A stretch of DNA of 64,000 nucleotides, taken from the NCBI RefSeq assembly GCF_004010195.1, contig NC_057719.1:14820481-14884480 (forward strand). Reading direction: 5' to 3'. The DNA is from Chiloscyllium plagiosum. Lineage: Eukaryota. The notes under the pieces were generated by a model, which was not told the origin of the DNA, searched no databases, and saw only the letters and a program-made list of their open reading frames with translations. This document shows, in pieces, positions 59,401 through 64,000 of the stretch. Within the stretch, counting starts at the first letter, position 1, and the number at the start of each line of letters is the position of its first letter. A program made the translations under genes and the position numbers.

Positions 59401-62400
59401 TGACAGTCTCACTGTAACCCAGTAACCTCGGTTAATGTTCTGGGAGAGGGGATGCTGCAGTGACAGTCTTATTGTACTGTACCCCAGTAACCCGCGGATA
59501 ATGTTCTAGGAGATGGGATGGTGCAGTGGCAGCATCACTGTAACCCAGTAACCCCCGAGTCATGTTCTAGGACAGGGGATGGTGCAGTGGCAGCATCACT
59601 GTAACACAGAAAACCCTGGTTAATGTTCTGGGATAGCGGATTGTGCGATGGCAGTCCCACTGTAAGCCAGTAACCCCGGGTTAATGTTCTGGTATAGGGA
59701 ATGGTACAGTGAAAGTCTCACTGTACTGTAAGCCAGTAACCCCCGGTTAATGTTCTGGGATAAGGAATGGTACAGTGGCACCATCACTGTAACCCAGGAT
59801 CCCCCGGTTAATGTTCTGGGATAAGTGATGTTGCAGTGGCAACATCACTGTAACCCAGTAACCCCCAGTTAATGTTCTGGGAGAGGGGACGGTGCAGTGA
59901 CAGTCTTATTGTACTGTAACACTGTAACCCCTGGTTAATGTTCTGGGATAAGGGATGGTGCAGTGGCAGCATCACTGTAATCCAGTAACCCCCGGTTAAT
60001 CTCCTGGGATAAGGGATGGTGCAGTGGCAGTCTTATTTTACCGTAACCCAGTAACCCCCGGTTAACGTTCTGGGAGAGGTGAGGGTGCAGTGGCATCATC
60101 ACTGTAACCCAGTAACCCCCGGTTAATGTTTTGGAATAGGGCATGGTGCAGTGGCCGTCTCACTGTAACATAGTAACCCCCAGTTAATGTTCTGGGATAA
60201 GGGATGGTGCAGTGGCAGTCCCACTGTAACCCAGTAACTCCCGGTTAATGTTCTGGGATAAGGGATGGTGCAGTGGCAGCACCACTGTAATGCAGGAACC
60301 CCTGGTTAATGTTCTGGGATAAGGGATGGTGCAGTGGCAGCATCACAGTAACCCAGTAACCGTCGGTTTAAGTTCTGGGAGAGGGGATGGTGCAGTGGCA
60401 GTCTCACTGTAACACAGTAACCCCAGGTTCATGTTCTGGGATAGCGGATGGTGCTGTGCAGCATCACTGTAACCCAGTAACCCCCGGTTAGTGTTCTGGG
60501 ATAGGGGATGGTGCAGTGACAGTCTTACTGTACTGTATACAGTAACCCCCGGTTAAAGTTCTGGGATAAGGGATGCTGCAATGACAGTCTTACTGTACTG
60601 TAACCCAGTAACCCCCGGTTAATGTTCTGGGATAGGGGATGGTGCAGTGGCAGCATCACTGTAACCCAGTAACCCCCGTTTAATGTTGTGGGATATGGGA
60701 TGGTGCAGTGGCAGCATCACTGTAACCCAGTAACCCCCGTTTAATGTTGTGGGATATGGGATGGTGCAGTGGCAGTCTCACCGTAACCCAGAAACCCCCG
60801 GTTAATGTTCTGGGAGAGTGGACGGTGCAGTAGCAGTCTCGCCGTAACCCAGAAACCCCGGTTAATGTTCTGGGAGAGGGTATGGTGCAGTGGCAGTCTC
60901 ACTGTACTGTCACCCAGTAACCCCCGGTTAATGTTCTAGGATAAGGGATGGTGCAGTGGCAGTCTCACTGTAACCCAGTAACCCCCAGTTAATGTTCTGG
61001 GATAGGGGATGGTGCAGTGGCAGTCTCACTGTAACACAGTAACCCCCAGTTCATGTTCTGAGAGAGGGGATAGTGCAGTGGATGTCTCACTGTAACCCAG
61101 TAACCCCCAGTTAATGTTCTGGGATAGGGGATGGTGCAGTGGCAGTCTCACTGTAACACAGTAACCCCCAGTTCATGTTCTGGGATAGGGGAAGGTGCAG
61201 TGGCAGTCTCACTGTAACACAGTAACCCCCAGTTAATGTTCTGGGATAGGGGATGGTGCAGTGGGGGAAGGTGCAGTGGCAGTCTCACTGTAACCCAGTA
61301 ACCCCCAGTTAATGTTCTGGGATAGGGGATGGTGCAGTGGCAGTCTCACTGTAACACAGTAACCCCCAGTTCATGTTCTGGGATAGGGGAAGGTGCAGTG
61401 GCAGTCTCACTGTAACACAGTAACCCCCAGTTAATGTTCTGGGATAGGGGATGGTGCAGTGGCAGTCTCACTGTAACACAGTAACCCCCAGTTAATGTTC
61501 TGAGAGAGGGGATAGTGCAGTGGATGTCTCACTGTAACCCAGTAACCCCCAGTTAATGTTCTGGGATAGGGGATAGTGCAGTGGCAACATCACTGTAACC
61601 CAGTAACCCCCAGTTAATGTTTTGGGATAAAGAATGGTGCAGTGACAGTCTCACGGGAACCCAGTAACCCCTGGTTAATGTTCTGGGAGAGGGGATGGTG
61701 CAGTGGCAGCATCACTGTAACGCAGTAACCCCCGGTTAATGTTCTGGATGATGGGATGGTGCAGTGGCAGTCTCACTGTAACCCAGTAACCCCCAGTTAA
61801 TGTTCGGGGATAGGGGACGATGCAGTGGCAGCATCACTGTTCCCCAGTAACCCCCGGTTAATGTTCTGGGATAAGGGATGGTGCAGTGACAGTCTCACTG
61901 TAACCCAGTCAGCCCCAGTTAATGTTCTGGGAGAGGGCATGTTCCACTGGCAGTCTCACTGTAACATAGTAAACCCCGGTTAATGTTCTGGGAGAGGGGA
62001 TAGTGCAGTGGCAGTTTCACGGACACACAGTAACCCCCGGTTAATGTTGTGGGAGAGAGATGGTGCAGTGGCAGCATCACTGTAACGCAGTAATCCCCGG
62101 TTAAAGTTCTGGGATAAGGGATGCTGCAATGACAGTCTTACTGTACTGTAACCCAGTAACCCCCGGTTAATGTTCTGGGAGAGGGGATGGTGCAGTGGCA
62201 GTCTCACTGTAACACTGTAACCACAGGTTAATGTTCTGGGAGAGAGGACGGTGCAGTAGCAGTCTCACTGTAACCCACTAAACCCCGATTAATGTTCGGG
62301 GATAGGGGATGAGGCAGTGGCAGCATCATTGTAACACACCAACCACCGGTTAATGTTCTGGGCGAGGAGATGGTGCAGTGGCAGTCTTACTGTATCCCAG

Positions 62401-64000
62401 TAACCCCCGGTTAATGTTCTGGGATAAGGGATTGTGCAGTGGCAGTCTCACTGTAAGCCAGTAATCCCCCTTTAATGTCCTGGGGTAAGGTATGGTGCAG
62501 TAGCAGTCTTACTGTACTGTAACACAGTAACCCCCGGTTAATGTTTTGGGATAGGGGATGGTGCAGTGGCAGTCTCACTGCAACACAGTAACCCCAGGTT
62601 AATGTTCTGGGATAAAGGATAGTGCAGTGGCAACATCACTGTAACCCAGTAACCCCCACAGTTAATGTTCTGGGATAAAGGATGGTGCAGTGACATTCTC
62701 ACTGTAACCCAGTAACCCCCGGTTAATGTTCTGGGAGACAGGATTGTGCAGTGGCAGTCTCACGGTAACACAGTAACCACCGGTTAATGTTCTAGGATAA
62801 GGGATGGTGCAGTGACAGTCTCACTGTAACCCAGTAACCCCCGGTTAAAGTTCGGGGAGAGGGCATGGTGCAGTGGCAGTCTCACTGTAACACAGTAACC
62901 CCAGGTTAATGTTCTGGGATAGGGAATAGTGCAGTGGCAACATCACAGTAAGCCAGTAACCCCCAGTTAATGTTCTGGGATAAAGGATGGTGCTGTGACA
63001 TTCTCACTGTAACACAGAAACCCCCGGTTAATGTTCTGGGAGAGGGGATTGTGCAGTGGCAGTCTCACGGTAACACAGTAATCCCCAGTTAATGTTCTAG
63101 GATAAAGAATGGTGCAGTGACAGTCACACTGTAACCCAGTAAACCCCGGTTAATGTTCTAGGAGAGGGGATGGTGCAGTGGAAGTCTCATGGACACACAG
63201 TAACCCCCGGTTAATGTTCTGGGAGAGGGGATGGTGCAGTGGCAGAATCACTGTAACGCAGTAACCCCCGGTTAATGTTCTGGATGATGGGATGGTGCAG
63301 TGGCAGTCTCCCTGTAACACAGTAACCCCCCGTTAATGTTGTGGGATAAGGAATAGTGCAGTGTCAGCATCACTGTAACCCAGTAACCCCCGGTTAATGT
63401 TCAGGGATAGGGGACGATGCAGTGGCAGCATCACTGTAACCCAGTAATACCCGGTTAATGTTCTGGGAGAGTGGATGGTGCAGTGGCAGCATCACTGTAA
63501 CCCAGTAACCCCCGGTTAATGTCCTGGGTTAAGGGATGGTGCAGTGTCAGTCTGACTGTACTGTAACACAGTAACCCCCGTTAATGATCTGGGATAAGGG
63601 ATGGTGCAGTGACAGTCTCACTGTAACCCAGTAAGCCCCGGTTAATGTTCTGGGAGAGGGCATGGTCCACTGGCAGTTCACTGTAATACAGTAACCCCCG
63701 GTTAGTGTTCTGGGATAGGGGATGGTGCAGTGGCAGCATCACTGTAACCCAGCAACCCCCGTTTAATTTTGTGGGATATGGGATGGTGCAGTGGCAGTCT
63801 CACTGTAACACAGTAACCCCTGGTTAATGATCTGGGAAAGGGAATGCTGCAGTGACAGTCTTACTGTAACACAATAACCCCCAGTTAATGTCCTGGGATA
63901 GGGGATTGTGCAGTGGCAGTCTCACTGTAACCCAGTAACCCCTGGTTAATTTTCTGGGATAGCGGATGGTGCAGTGGCAGCATCACTGTAACACAGTAAC
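53424..64000. repeat. Tandem satellite, 61-bp unit (66-bp variant), roughly 170 units, runs off the window
   Basis: Consensus gttaatgttctgggataggggatggtgcagtggcagcatcactgtaacccagtaacccccg; register shifts 1 nt per 60-nt line; the variant has an extra tactg. Confidence 0.98.
55954..56453. other. Assembly gap (500 N) inside the satellite
   Basis: N run. Confidence 1.

Noticed and set aside
53667..62207. Satellite ORFs (MMLPLHHPLSQNINRG...)
   Set aside because: Short read-throughs of a 61-bp unit (not a multiple of 3) with frequent stops.
53424..64000. CRISPR-like array, or a hammerhead-containing satellite
   Set aside because: Units are wholly repetitive with no unique spacers and the DNA is eukaryotic; the consensus has no CTGANGA...GAAA core on either strand.

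Overview
Eukaryotic, repeat-dense (about 70-80%) non-coding DNA, almost certainly from a shark or other elasmobranch (HE1-type V-SINEs, HER1/CR1 LINEs). I find no supportable host protein-coding gene. Nearly all ORFs in the supplied track are retroelement fragments, antisense noise or N-gap artefacts. Contents: many CR1 LINE fragments; HE1 SINEs; a second tRNA-derived SINE that also appears fused to the 5' end of a CR1-clade LINE; Penelope-like elements (PLE; RT and GIY-YIG fragments); about 15 short, mostly fold-back PLE-terminus insertions, most flanked by 10-16 bp direct repeats and several carrying minimal hammerhead-ribozyme cores; a decayed Gmr1-type Gypsy element with integrase upstream of RT; solo LTRs; a Harbinger-like Myb/SANT relic; three assembly gaps; and a satellite of at least 10.5 kb with a 61-bp unit that resembles a SINE tRNA head. 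Family names come from my recall of consensus motifs, not database searches. Boundaries of degraded elements are approximate.
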